A stretch of DNA of 63,130 nt, filler included, from Bipalium vagum (Eukaryota), in the NCBI GenBank assembly GCA_037834085.1. It is 3 parts of 3 records of this genome, joined end to end, with 100 filler letters (N's around TTAATTAATTAA, not from the genome) between each part and the next. Parts side by side here need not be neighbours in the genome. Positions count along the whole stretch, not along the records: positions 1 to 29,607 come from JBBMKC010021411.1; positions 29,708 to 46,314 come from JBBMKC010103392.1; 1 more part is not named here. One strand, given 5' to 3'. The notes under the pieces were generated by a model, which was not told where the DNA came from, did no database searches, and saw only the letters and a program-made list of their open reading frames with translations. The stretch's first letter is position 1. Each line of letters begins with the position of its first letter. This document shows positions 25,742 to 38,859 of this stretch, in pieces. The translations under genes were made by a program, and so were the position numbers.

Positions 25742-28530
25742 CTTTTTATCTTTATCCACTGATTTCAAAATCGCTCGCTTTGCCTGGATATTTGTGTAAA
25801 CCTTTCTTTGTAAGGCAGACATTTCACATTTGATCACATATTCCACTTTTTCCGGCAACTGATTTTCTACCTCCTTCTTTAATCGACGCAACAAGAATGG
25901 TCTGAGTACTTTGTGAAGTCTACGAATGATGAGCAGAGTTTCTTCCTGGTTCAGTTCCACGCGCTCACCACTGGCTGCAAACGGAGCATTGAACCACTGT
26001 TCGAATGTGTTGACGCTTTTGAAAATGTTGGGCAATAAAAAGTTAAGCAGTGCCCACAATTCTGGAAGCTTGTTTTGCAAAGGAGTTCCCGTCAACAACA
26101 GACGATAGGGAGCCGTGTAAAAGCTGTTCAATATTTGCGTCAATTTGCAATGGTGGTTTTTCATTCGATGTCCTTCATCGATTATCATATATTTCCATTT
26201 CACCTGTCATCAATGTACACAAGTTCGATAAATCAATCGGATAAAATATCGATAATCATCAAAGAAACAAGAAAACAACGCCGTACTTTCGACAAACTGG
26301 ATTTATCTTTAATGATATACTCATAAGTTGTCAGTAAAACGTTGAATTTTGAATTCTTTAGCTGGACCTGGAGATCTTTGCGAATTTTTGGCGAACCTTT
26401 ATAGAGAATTTTCTTCACGCTGGGACCCCACTTTTCAAATTCCATAGCCCAATTTGACATTGTTCTGATCAGAAAATTTTTTTCCAAATTAAAATTAATA
26501 GAAAATTTAAAAATAATCAATGAATATATAATTTTTATTCATTACAGATATAAAATTTCAACGATTTCATTTTCATTTTTATTTTGAAGTTATAGCAAAA
26601 TCAATTAATTTTAAGTTAATTTCAAATCAATATTTTCTTACGATAATGGAACGATAATCAAAAACGGTCCGTTAACTTTCTTTCGTTCCATAAGATACGT
26701 AATGAGACCAATAGTTTGAATCGTCTTTCCCAGCCCCATCTCGTCTGCCAAGATGCCATTGAGATTGTTGTTGTACAACGAAACGAGCCATTCCAATCCT
26801 TTCAATTGATATTGTTTCAAAGTGCCATTGATCAATATCGACGCCTGCTCTTTGATTTCTTCATGGTGAGAATGCGCCAGTGCATAGTATGATTGGATGT
26901 GCGATTTGTTGTATTCGTCATCCTCAGTGCCGACGTGAACATCTTCATCGTTATCATCTTCCAGAACTTCATCGTACACTTTCAAATCTTCATCTTCCTG
27001 AAATATTTCTAAGCCTTGTGCATCTTTCAAAGACAATCGCCAATCCTCGTGTTCCTTGGCCCATTGAACGAGGTTTTTAGCTTGAGGAGACTCTTCTTCT
27101 AATCGTTCCCTGGTAGTAGGGTTGTACATGGGAACATGTTCGTCCAGGGGTAAAATGGAAACATACGAATCCAATTTGTCGGAAATAATATCTTTTGTGA
27201 TGTAGATTAATTCCGTTGGAGATCGATTGAATCGTTGCATCAAATACGCCAAAATATTGTCGTATTTCAGCTGGGTCCTTTTCTCTTCTCGTTCCTTCTT
27301 TTTGCGATTGATCTGTTCCTTTTTGTGATCCTTCACCAGTTTCGTCAAACCAGCAATAAATTCGTCAGTCTGTTGCAGCAAATAGTGCAATCGCATGTCC
27401 TTCTTCTCGTCGATTAACTTCCGATATCCTTCTTCGTCCTCGGCCATCAATCTACGCATTCTTTCTCGTTCAAGTCTCTCTTGTTCCTTTCGCTTATCCC
27501 TTTCGGTATTGGCAAAATAGTTCATGATGCCTCGGTTAAGCTTGTTCAGTTTTGAGCCGCAATTTCGGTGGAATTCTCGAAACTCTTTCGCGTGCAACAG
27601 TACTGCGTTCAGGAACTCCTGGTGCTTTTGTCTTCGACGCTTTTCCTGCTCATGTTTCATTTGCTTTTCCAATTTCTCAGTGAACCTGGCTTCACGGAGC
27701 GTCTGCTTTTTCGGTCGTCGATAAGCTCGGACGTTTAAAGCGGTTTCCAGTGACGTATCTCTCTTCATTACCATCAGAATTTCCTGTCTCAAGCTCCTTT
27801 GCAGGCTCAACAACCGAAGAGCTTTCAATTCGATCTTTAGATTGATGTTTTGATTGTTTAAATGAAATGCGGATTTGTTCGACAGCTCGTCAATGCGCTG
27901 AATTATTCGAGTCTCAATTCGATTTTCACGTTCTCTTAACAATTCTTCCGGATCAATTGCATCAATTCTACGACTTGGCTTGAAAATTTTATTGCACGGA
28001 TATTTGCTCTCGTTTTGCACTCGTTGTAACACCTCGGTAGTGTTTGTGTTACAATTATTAATCGAATTGTTTGCACTTACAGCCTGACCATCATTTGGTT
28101 TATGTTGTCTGTTAGAAATATTTTGAAGTTGATTCAGTTTTCCTTCCGCGGCCAACAGCACTCCATTCGAGACCGCATTTGACTTAGCTAACAATTTATA
28201 AGTATTGATCTGAGCTCTCAATTGTAATAATTGATTGTTATCGAATATTCCTTTATTCGAGTTATTTAATAAATGCTGTGAATGTGTAGCAGTAGAATGA
28301 TTACTGTAACCATTTTGAGGAATATAATTGCTAGAGTTATGCAGTTGAACTGGCATTTGCATAGGTGGATAAAAATTATTAACTTGTGCATTTGGAGGTA
28401 CTTGTGTATTAGAATTTGGTAATGCCTGATTAGGTCCGAAATTGTTGTTTGTTGCAAACATTGATGAATTGTTTGATGACATATTTGTTGGTGGTGAACT
28501 TTGAAGAGAGCTAGGGTTTTGATTTATCAT
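25742..28530 (-). CDS. SMARCA4: SWI/SNF ATPase BRM/BRG1 (SMARCA2/4) gene, 5' three exons only
   Basis: Exons 28530-26642 ([24 protein letters not shown]-like, [22 protein letters not shown]), 26464-26287 ([22 protein letters not shown]) and 26203-25742 ([39 protein letters not shown], ..DKDKK|GT). Helicase-C, SnAC and bromodomain exons were not found in the window. Confidence 0.95.
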
Positions 28531-29607
28531 TGAAATAAAGTGGTGTGAAAATTTTAATTAATCATAACCATATATGTCAACAATTCTTTGTGTTAAATTT
28601 TTTAAATGAAAGTAAATCAGATCTAAAATATTTATAATAATTATAATAATTTAATTAATTTCAGTGAAAAACAATATTATCAGACATGTTATGAATATTA
28701 TTTAAACAAATGTCATGTATTGACTTATGATTCTATTTAATAATTTTTATTTATTCATAATTCTTAAAAAAATAATAAAATTATTATTGTTTAAAAATTA
28801 TTATTTTTTGATTTTTAGATTATTTTTAAGAAGTTAATCAAATTTTTAAAAAATCACGATAAATTTATACGTTCATATGTATTAATTAATGAATTTAAAT
28901 TAAAATAACAAATATTAATATCAATATTCGTTATTCAGCTTTTAAAAAATCATTATAAGTCCAACATTTATATAAGTCTTCTATTATCTTAAACTTAATT
29001 TATTTTTGATATTAAATAAGTAAGTACAAAACTATTAAAAATTTAAGAGCAAAATGTTTCATAAAACATTTTAAAATAATTTTCAAACTTTTTAAAGTAC
29101 ACCTAACCCAAAAATTCAAAACTTCCATGAACATTGCTTTAATGCATCATTTATTTAAGGGTATCAGAATTAAACTTTAAATTTTTGACAGTCATTTTTA
29201 ACAACTATTACAACTTAGAAACATTTGGATCCCACAGATGTGTGTAAATCTACGTATAAATGAAGAATAATTTCGTTAACTTGGTTTGTCTGATTTTCAA
29301 ATCTTTTAGAAACAAAAATAAACTTATATTACTTTCCTCAATGAATTATATAACGTTCAGCTCAAACTTCTAACTCCTCACTTTTTACTATTTGTTAGGT
29401 CTCTTAAATTGGAGCAAAGACTAAGAGCTTAACGGTTAGAAGGTTGACTTTACGTGTTCGCTTATGTGAATTTGAAATAACTAAAATAACTAATTTACTT
29501 TTAAAAACTTTATTGATACTACAAAGGTAGTTTTTTACAAGGTTGAGAGTGATTGTTTTTACTGCAATCCTCTGCAAGAAAACTTTCCCTTAAGGTTACG
29601 CTTAATT

Positions 29608-29707
29608 NNNNNNNNNNNNNNNNNNNNNNNNNNNNNNNNNNNNNNNNNNNNTTAATTAATTAANNNNNNNNNNNNNNNNNNNNNNNNNNNNNNNNNNNNN
29701 NNNNNNN
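29608..29707. other. Assembly gap with artificial six-frame-stop spacer
   Basis: 44 N + TTAATTAATTAA + 44 N = exactly 100 nt. Confidence 0.95.
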
Positions 29708-29844
29708 AAGCATAATTCTGAGATGTACAATGTTTCAGCTTTCGAACGATATATAAATTATATATTTCTGATTTGTTTAAGTGCTTCAAAATTAAGGCCA
29801 AAACGATTCATGTAAAAACCGCACGAACTTTCCGGACAACCCAA
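29708..29844. mobile_element. Mariner/MITE end cut by the gap
   Basis: Ends AAAAACCGCACGAACTTTCCGGACAACCCAA-TA, a TIR related to that of the 25138 MITE. Confidence 0.75.
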
Positions 29845-31928
29845 TAGTAAATAGCTCCAAAGTCACTATTAAATTGATTTTTTTGCAAAATAATTAAATA
29901 TTAAATTACAGGTAATTATCAAAGGTAATAATTTAATCATATAAAAACATTTTTGTTTTAATATATCATATAAATAGCGATAAATCAAATGGCATCTCAA
30001 AAATACATATAATCCATTGTTTATTGTTTGCCTTTCAATTGTAAAAAACGGCTTATGATGCTAAAATATGATTATTTCCGCTCTGGATGAAGATTATTAT
30101 TATTATTAATGGTTCAATCTAGCTTATTTTTCACTATTAATCGATCGAAAATCATAATTTATTATTATTAAACATTTTATTTTATTAGTACTCATTATAA
30201 AAAATCAATTAATCTTCTTCACTCTACTTTAAATCTTCACTTTTGAAGATTAGTAGTTTAAAGACCCAGTTTTAAAGAGAAAGAAATAGAAATACCAAAA
30301 TAAAAATGCATTAATCTGAAAGTACAAAAGAATATCAATATTAAAACTTAATTTTGAGTTTTGATATATTTTCATTTTTATAATATCTAACAAGTACTGT
30401 AGTTTGCTTGGTGTTTATATACATTTTTAAAAAGAAATAATTCATTTTTATAGACACGAATTTAAAGATATATTTAGTTAATATTGCAATATTTATTTCA
30501 TTATAAAATGTGCAAATAATTCATTTTTAGGCGATATAGGGAACATGGAAAAACAAAGAAAGTAACGCAATACACAAGATTACAAAATAAGATAGTATTA
30601 AAAAAAAACCACAATACCCCAAAGGGAAATAGCGAATAACTTGAACTTATCCTCTCTGCCGTAAGAATGTCAACAAAATGATACACAATAAAGTCTTTAT
30701 TCTCAATATAAAGAAAGACGAGAAAAAACACCTAGAGACGACAGAACAATGTATTGAGACTTCAATGGAAACCAATTAAAGGAATTCACTCAAGCATTGT
30801 GGATTCATGTGTAAATGTTTCAGCTAGGTCTAAACAATGACGACGGAAATAGATAAATATTACTTCTCATTAATGTGCTACCAAGCATAAATTAACACCA
30901 GCAGTTATAAAAAACGACTGGGCAATAAAATAAAAATACTAAAACGATGCACGTAGGTCAAAAGTATGTAAAAATGATTTCTATAAATTGGTTTAACAAA
31001 AATGTAAAATTAATAAAAATATATTTTATGTTTGTGAGATCTCTTTTTGAGTTTTGATTAAATTGATTTATAAGTGTCTTATAGAAAAGTTTCTGTATCT
31101 CCTAAAAATTCTAAAACATGTTTCGAAAATAACTTGATAAATCAAGTTTAAAAAAATTAATTTTTTTGACAAATATGTAAAATCGATTGATAAAATAAAG
31201 AATATATCTATGAACATATATTTGTCTAATTAGAAATAATATTAATATTAATTTTAAGATCATTAATTATAATATTATAATAAAGTTTTATTAATAATGT
31301 CAAATATTCTGGATATCAATATATTAATTAATTTATAATGAAATGAAAATTAATCATTAAATCATCGGACACTATTGTGATGATTCCTTTCAGTAAATAT
31401 CTAATTTATCAATTAATTCTTCTATATTATAATAAGAGGAAAATAAACTCTAGTTGAAGAAATCGATTTTAATCAGATAAATTAGTAAATCAATAATTAA
31501 ATCAAACTCAAGAATCACGGATTACTTCCCATTTTTGGTTAAGGAGAAAAGTAATTTTTTAATGAAGTTGAAGTAAATTAAGTTAAGAAAATGAAACATC
31601 ATGCAATAATGAACTGATTGATTTAAGGTGATAAACAAAGTTGATTAAACAGGTTTTTGAAAAAATTAATGAAAATAATGTCTGAATAAAAATTGTCTTT
31701 TAAAAATAAATACTATTGTAGTATTTTTCAGAAGTCACGATGAATGCAATTTTTAAAAATATTTTAATAGTAAGCTATGATTTTTAATACAAAAGATCAT
31801 GAATAAAAAAAGATTAAAAAATAAATATGAAAGAAAATAGGTTATATGAATTAAAATAAAAATAATTTGAAACAGTACAATATTTATTTTCTACTTTCTA
31901 TTTACAAAATAAATGTTTTTGAAACTAA

Positions 31929-32726
31929 TTAGGTTTGGGCAAAGTTCCACAGCACTTAAAAAATATTAGAATATTAGTAATAGTAAATATAATCAATAAT
32001 AATATTTGAGAACTGCTTGTTTAAATATTCTTAATTCATTACCACAATTTTAAACCGTTTAATGAAATAAAATATAAAAAATAATTTTAGATGACTTTGA
32101 ACAGAAATTAATTGCAAATTTTTATTCGCTTTTGTTGAAGGCGAAGATTTTCTACTAGGAAAGCTGCAATAAAAATAGGTGATGCTGAAAGTGAAGGAAC
32201 GATAAAACTGTATCTCTTTGGTACATAAGTTTCAAAAGTTGTGCCCTCTGATTGGAAGAAAAATGTTGTTGTGATAGACCATCGAAGTAGGATAATGAGA
32301 ACTTGCTCAATAATCTTGATTGTAAACCGTCATCTAGATCGTGATTTGGGCATGGAAAAACAAGTCTCGAGGACAAATTCCGCAAAGTTCCATTTCGGCT
32401 ATCGAAATTGACAAATTTTTCTTCATCATGACATTGGCAGATATCATGAGTCGTGAAGCCGTCGATTTCTCAGTCACTAAAAAATATAAGTAATGATAAA
32501 ATTCGGATTCACCTTTTCACTCAATTTTGCTCACCGTCATCAATAAAATTTACTTAGTTAGGAAATTTCGTCCATATGAAGTAGCTATTGCTCGAGTTAT
32601 TATTATTCATAATATACTTTACATTGAAAATTAGATTCCGCTGTTCAATAAATTTTTGTCTAATAAATTTTTGTTTTGTAAATTTAATTTTTCTGTTAGT
32701 GCAACAAAACTTACGCCCCAACCTAA
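31929..32726 (+). mobile_element. Internally deleted degenerate mariner
   Basis: Imperfect TIRs TTAGGTTTGGGCAAAGTT and (reverse complement) TTAGGTTGGGGCGTAAGTT. The + strand gives KAAIKIGDAESEGT..WYISFKS..LEE..DRPS and FLHHDIGRYH. Confidence 0.7.
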
Positions 32727-34663
32727 TATTTTACTTAAAATTGAGATAAACATTATTTAGAAATACAGAGGCTAGGTTAATAGTAAATGATCTCTTTCGA
32801 AAGAATTCAGAAATTATTAAATTAAATTTTAAAAACCAATATGACACAGAGAATACGTGGGTAGTTACACAGTTATATTACAGATGATAATTAATGATGT
32901 TTTATACTGTAAAAAATGAAAACAAAAATTATAGTATTCATATGGTATATTTAATTATTATTATGTCATTTAAATTGTCTTATTTACTAACTTTTAAACT
33001 TTTATGATTGATATTAATCCTTTTTATTATTAACTATAATTTTCAATTTTTGAGTATTAAACGCCATGAACCTTTTGAAATGTTATTTACTGATTTAGGA
33101 TATCAAACTACAAAAAAATGAATAAATCTTCAATCAGTCCAGACAGAAAGTTAAAAAATATATATTTGAAGATTTATAATTATTACTTAAAAGCTGGAAA
33201 AAATTAACAATTGTTTATTAATAATTATGAAAAAATAATTAATAAATAATAAATTAGTATTATAATAATCAAACTTTGATATAAAAAATATTATAGTTTC
33301 TTAATTTTACGAGGAAAATTTTCTATTTTGTACATCTAGTAGTTTTGATAAAGTTGAAATATGAGAAGTTAAAAAAATCAAAAATATAAATCAATAAAAT
33401 AAATATATAAAAAATTCTGAATTTCACCAATTGTTGGGTTGAGGTTTTTTATTATCTGTAATAATAATAACTCAAAATACAAGATAATGACTCCAAAGGA
33501 AACAAAGTAAGTAGTTTAGGATTTTCATTATATATTTTTCTAATCACAAATACACTTGAGGTTAATTTTTTCGTAACTCACTGAAATTTCTTCCAAACTT
33601 TACTGAAGATATTTATTATTTAAAGGATAAAATATGATAGAATGAAGACAGTTTGGATAATTCCACAGAAAGATCACAGATCTTTACTTAGTTCTGTTAA
33701 GATCTGAGTATTTATTAAAGACGATTCGATTAATTATATGATCCCTAAACTGGCGAAAGGAGGAACTCTTCAAGTCGTTATTTATTATAAAGTTATTATT
33801 TAAAAGGTCATCTAGTTAATATTTTTATAAATTTATAAATACAGTATTTAATTAATAATGGTAATAAAATAATAATAATAATAATAATAATAAATACAAT
33901 ATGAGAAAAATTTTATTAAAACTTTTTTACTACTTATTAATAAGTAGAGTAGATGTATATCTCATTTTCAATTTTTCTATTCACTTTTTGTAATTGTAAT
34001 TTTAACTATTTGTGAAGTTTTAGATGATATCAATATCTAAAATTAATGACATTTTATAATCTTTCAGTCAAAATTGTTTTTAAAAATATTTTTGATTTTA
34101 TTTTTAAAAACTTGTCTAGATTAATATAAACAAAACGAAATTGTGAATTGATTTCGATTATTAAATATTGAAAGTAATTTATTTATTTATAATTATTGGA
34201 TTTATTTTAATTTAACTTTGGGGAATTCATTTTGAGGTTATGAACAGTTTTCAATAACATTTTACAAAAATATCAGAATTTATTATTAAATCTGTTTTTT
34301 TTTCTAAAAAATCGATCTTTGTTTGTTCCCACTATCAACTTCTCAAAATCTCAATACAATTATTTATCCACTTTCAATCAAATTTTTCATTTTAATTTTT
34401 TTATTTTACTAAAATTTCTTCATGTTATAATTTTTTCATTTTTAAAAATTTTAATTTTGAGAACTGTCAGATTTCGCTAAATAATCAAGGAATTTTGATT
34501 GAACGTCTTGCTCGATTATTTTAATAATATTCTTTTTTAAAAAGTTTTGATTTCTCAGTTTTCTGACAATTTTTAAATATCAGATAATATTAGGTTGAAA
34601 TTTTATTTTTGATGATAATATATTTGTTAAATAATTCTAAATCATACAGCTTATTAATAAATA

Positions 34664-35540
34664 CTGTATATTGGCGAGTATTATAGCCACTTTTTACTAA
34701 TTTTTTGCTCTGAAAGTGAAGATGACTCTTATACAGAAAACTGTACTTATGACTATGTAAAAAATGGCCATTAGATTAAATTGTGTAAAATTTAGAATAT
34801 CAATATTATTTATGTTCATTATTTTCATACAAAATGTTGGAAGATAAAAAACGATTTCCATATAGTGTGAATTTATAGTGTGAAGTTCTTGATTATACTG
34901 AGAAGCATGAGAATCATGCAGTTTAGAAGTACTTTAGCCCTTCATCTACTAGAGCAATAATCAAACAGTGGAGAAAGAAGAAAGAAGAAAGAAGAAAGGC
35001 TTAAGATACCAAGAGAAGAACATTCAAAGATTTGTGCACGTGACCTTAATGCAAAATGACCGAAATTGGATCAGGAAATAAAGTAGTATATTGAAATCCA
35101 GTGTTCCTGTGGAGTTGGAGTCTCAACAAAGTTGATTATTGACCATGGAAGGAAGATTTCAATATAAATGCAGAAAAGTCAAGATCCGTGTAAGAATGTG
35201 CATGATTTAACAAGAAAGTCTAGATGGTGTTCTAACTTCATGAAGAGTGCAGAGGAAACACACAGCACAGAAGATGCCAAAAGAGTATGAAGAAAACATT
35301 TTAAAGTTCCATTCTTATTTGATCAGTTGACGAAAGGAATGCAACTTTGACCTAGGTCAAATTGCAAACATGGATGAGGTACCACTCATATTTAATGAAC
35401 CACCCAACAATTCTGTGGATAAGAAAGGAGTTAAGATAGTTGTCATTAAAATAATTGGCTTGTTTTCCAGATGAGACTAAGCTATCTTCCAAGTTCATCT
35501 CGAGGAAAGAAAGACCTTCCCAAAGAAAGTATCTCATGTA
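34664..35540 (+). mobile_element. pogo-family transposon remnant
   Basis: TA-CTGTATATTGGCGAGTAT terminus, BrkDBD-like start, FDLGQIANMDEVPL. Confidence 0.8.
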
Positions 35541-37046
35541 GTAAATGCCAATACATATTTCATTAAAAATTCAATATTTAATTAATTCAAAAATCAATCA
35601 ACTTTAGTTATCAATTTAAGAAATCAATTCAATAAATAAAAAATCAAGTATTTCAAGTAACCATCCATTTTATATTTATAATTATATTCTATTATTAATA
35701 GAGTGGTATATAAAATAGAGATATATTAATAATTGTAATAATAAAATTATAATTTTATTTTACATTTTATTTAATTGCGTAGTAATTAAAATAATGTAAA
35801 GATAATATTATTTTAAAAACTTATGAGAAATATATACTAATAAATAAAGTAATGAAAAATTACATTAAAAAACATAATGAAGCTAAGTAAGTTAAAACAT
35901 AAATAAAGTCTAAAATCTCAATTGCAAATTGTAATAATAAAAAATATAAAAACTTACAATTCTCAAAATCCAACTAATAATGATCCCATATTGAAATCAA
36001 AATAATTCAATATAAAAATTACAATGAAGAATAAAAAAATAGAAAAAATTAATTTAAACAGTAAAATTTTCCTTCACTTTTTGACTTTCACAAATTGCTA
36101 TTATTATTAATATTATTTTTACTTAATTGTTTGAATAATTATCTTATGTACAGGGCTTATAGGTTTTCCATAACGTAGAAGAACTTCTTCTCTAAATAAA
36201 AGCAGTTTTCATTTAGATACCATATTCTATTGATCAAGGTCACTTAAGTTATAAATTTAATTATGAAATAATTGTAATTAAAAAATATAATTTTAAGTTT
36301 TTCCTGTTAGTATGAAATTTTAAAAGCAATAAAGATATTATTAGAAGTCCTAGTAGAGTCATAGACACAACCTATCACCTATAGCAGAAGTCAGAAATTA
36401 TTCTTCTATATTAATCATATAAAACCAAATTACTGCTAATATTAAACTCAACAAGTGAATAGAAAATATTTAATAAATAATTAGTTACAGTTTAATTAAA
36501 ATAGCTCCTTACTTAAGGTTATTTGACTTTATTTTAATATATCATTTTAAGTAAAAAAATATGACTTAAACTTTAATTTTGGTTAATTTTTATAATCTTT
36601 AAGACTTTAAGTTTTGTCATTTTCTATTTCGCCATTGCGCTTAGAAAAGTATTCCACAGATCATGTTTATGGATTTTTTGTTCTATTCATAAAATCTTAC
36701 ACAGTTCTGTGCTCTGACCTTCAAAAATGACCCATTTCTAATTGATGTTGGTCAGCAACAAAGAGATTAACATTATATTTGTTATATTTTAGAATATTTT
36801 GAAATATAGGTACTTAAAAATTATGAATATCAAAATATAATAGGATACAATAAAATATATAATATTCAATCTAGAAAATTCTCTTTAACCACTTTGTCAG
36901 GATTTAAAGACTTTTAAATTTCATTTTACTTTGACTTGGATTTTATTAAATTAATAGAAAATCCAATAAAATTATTAGTTTCAATAAAATATTTGCACAT
37001 TTTCCAACTTACACAGAAAAAGATAAAGATTGTTCAATTCACTTAC

Positions 37047-37707
37047 AGAATTTTGAATTTAATTAATTGGGGATCGTATTTACGGCTGTCTCTATTTCAA
37101 AATTATTTCAAGACAGAATCAGTTTCTGATCGAATGATTTCCACCAAGTTAACCTCACCTATTCTAATATATCAAACCAAACGGGTTAGTTTAGAAAATA
37201 TGAATATTACAAATCTTGTAAAGTTTCAGTTAACTAATGTCATACAAATAATTATACACATACATCCTATTTTAAAAAGAGAATATTTAATTTTCTTACG
37301 CGGATAATCTAAATTAAACGATTCAGTCTATTGAAATGGCAATTAATTAAAATTAAATAGCATTTATATTAAATTAAAATATCTTTTGCAGACTGGGGAA
37401 TGTCTAACTTGATATCCGAAAATTCAATGGAAATTTCCACAGTCAATTATTTTAAGATAAAATTCAACTTGAATTCATGTATTCTAGAACAAATCAACTT
37501 ACAAGTCATTGACTAAACGGATATCCTCGTTCGGTATTGCTATACCTATTTTAATTAAATTACAACCAAAGTCTATTCCAATTGCAGCTAAACAATCTGA
37601 AATCCAAGACTAATAAGAAAGTATTAAAGAAATTACTTACCAGATAATTTAAAATTTAAAAATAACATTTCAAAAACATAAACAATAACTTTAATTCTGT
37701 TATTCAT
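37047..37707 (-). pseudogene. HYOU1: HYOU1/GRP170-like ER HSP70-family gene, 5' exons, apparently decayed after exon 2
   Basis: Exon 1 37707-37641 MNNRIKVIVYVFEMLFLNFKLS (signal-peptide-like), 44-nt GTAAGT..TTTCAG intron, exon 2 37596-37503 DCLAAIGIDFGCNLIKIGIAIPNEDIRLVND (HSP70 phosphate-1 loop). Further fragments *IFGYQ, TESFNLDYP, KSFD and KYDPQLIKFKI need stops or frameshifts. Confidence 0.65.
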
Positions 37708-38859
37708 GATATTATATTAAAAATGTTTTGTAAATGTAATACAATTAAACAATACATTTTTTAATTAGTTTTTAACTTATTTAATACAAAGGACTTAATT
37801 CTCAAACAAGTACTTTTCATATATAAAATTAAATTTAATACGATTTATTTTTTAGTGGAATAATTATTTTACATTTTTAAAGTTATTTTCTTTGAAAAAA
37901 AAAGATGAATAATGTTTACAACTATATCTATATATGAGCATATGAGCATATGATTTATAATTTATATTTTATTCTATATATTATTATTTGTTTGTAATTT
38001 GAGAATCAAGTTACATTTATACCAATATAAGGTTTCATCTAAAATATCAATGATAATAAACTCATTATCCTCGAATAAGTGTTAGATTGTAGTCTCCGCG
38101 ATTTCATTTATTTATGCGTTATTGCATTAAATTGATACAATAGGTTTGAATTTCCTGTGGAGTATAATATTTTTCATAAGAAACTTTCACTCACAAGCAA
38201 CAATAACGAATTTTATTTCATTATTTTAATATATTTTTTTATTGGGAGTGTGAAGAGTAAAAAATATATTATCAGATATTCAACATTGATTATTACAAAA
38301 AACTTTTAAATGCCCTAAGACTTGTTTTTCATCATTTTGTTTACCAAATTATCATCAATAAAATATCATAGATATATTTTATAATATTTTCATATTTGGT
38401 GAGTAGAATGAAAATGGCTAGTGGAGACCATATCCATCCATAAATTATAGGACGCGATATTCAGCACCCATTCTCAATCTACTAAAAGTTTAGATCATTT
38501 ATACATCTTTTTTTATATATCCTATTTTTTTATTCATTATTCAAATTTAATTTTTAAAAAAAATATATCTCTAAAAATTAAGAATCATCATGAAAATACG
38601 ATAAAACATGAAAAAAACAACTAAACAACGATAAAACATAAGAACAAGGAAGAAGTTTGAAAAATTCAAGAAACGGAAGAAAAATATGCAAGTTTTAAAA
38701 AAACAATTTTTGAGATTAGTCTAAAGATCATAACTTCAAGATATTTTGGGGTGATTCACAATCAGCAATTACAAATAATAAATTATTAAAAAAATTTACA
38801 AAAGAAAAATACCAGCAGAATTAAATTTAAAATCTTTCAAAACCCTTTTAATAAAACAA

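Noticed and set aside
32155-32476. Minus-strand ORF (..DGFTTH..SRLVFP..) as the missing C-terminal exon of rdgB
   Set aside because: Wrong strand and a stop next to the acceptor. The + strand is a mariner transposase remnant bounded by TIRs, so the resemblance is chance.
36936-37307. 123-aa plus-strand ORF
   Set aside because: No motif; it lies antisense to the HYOU1-like exons and splice signals.
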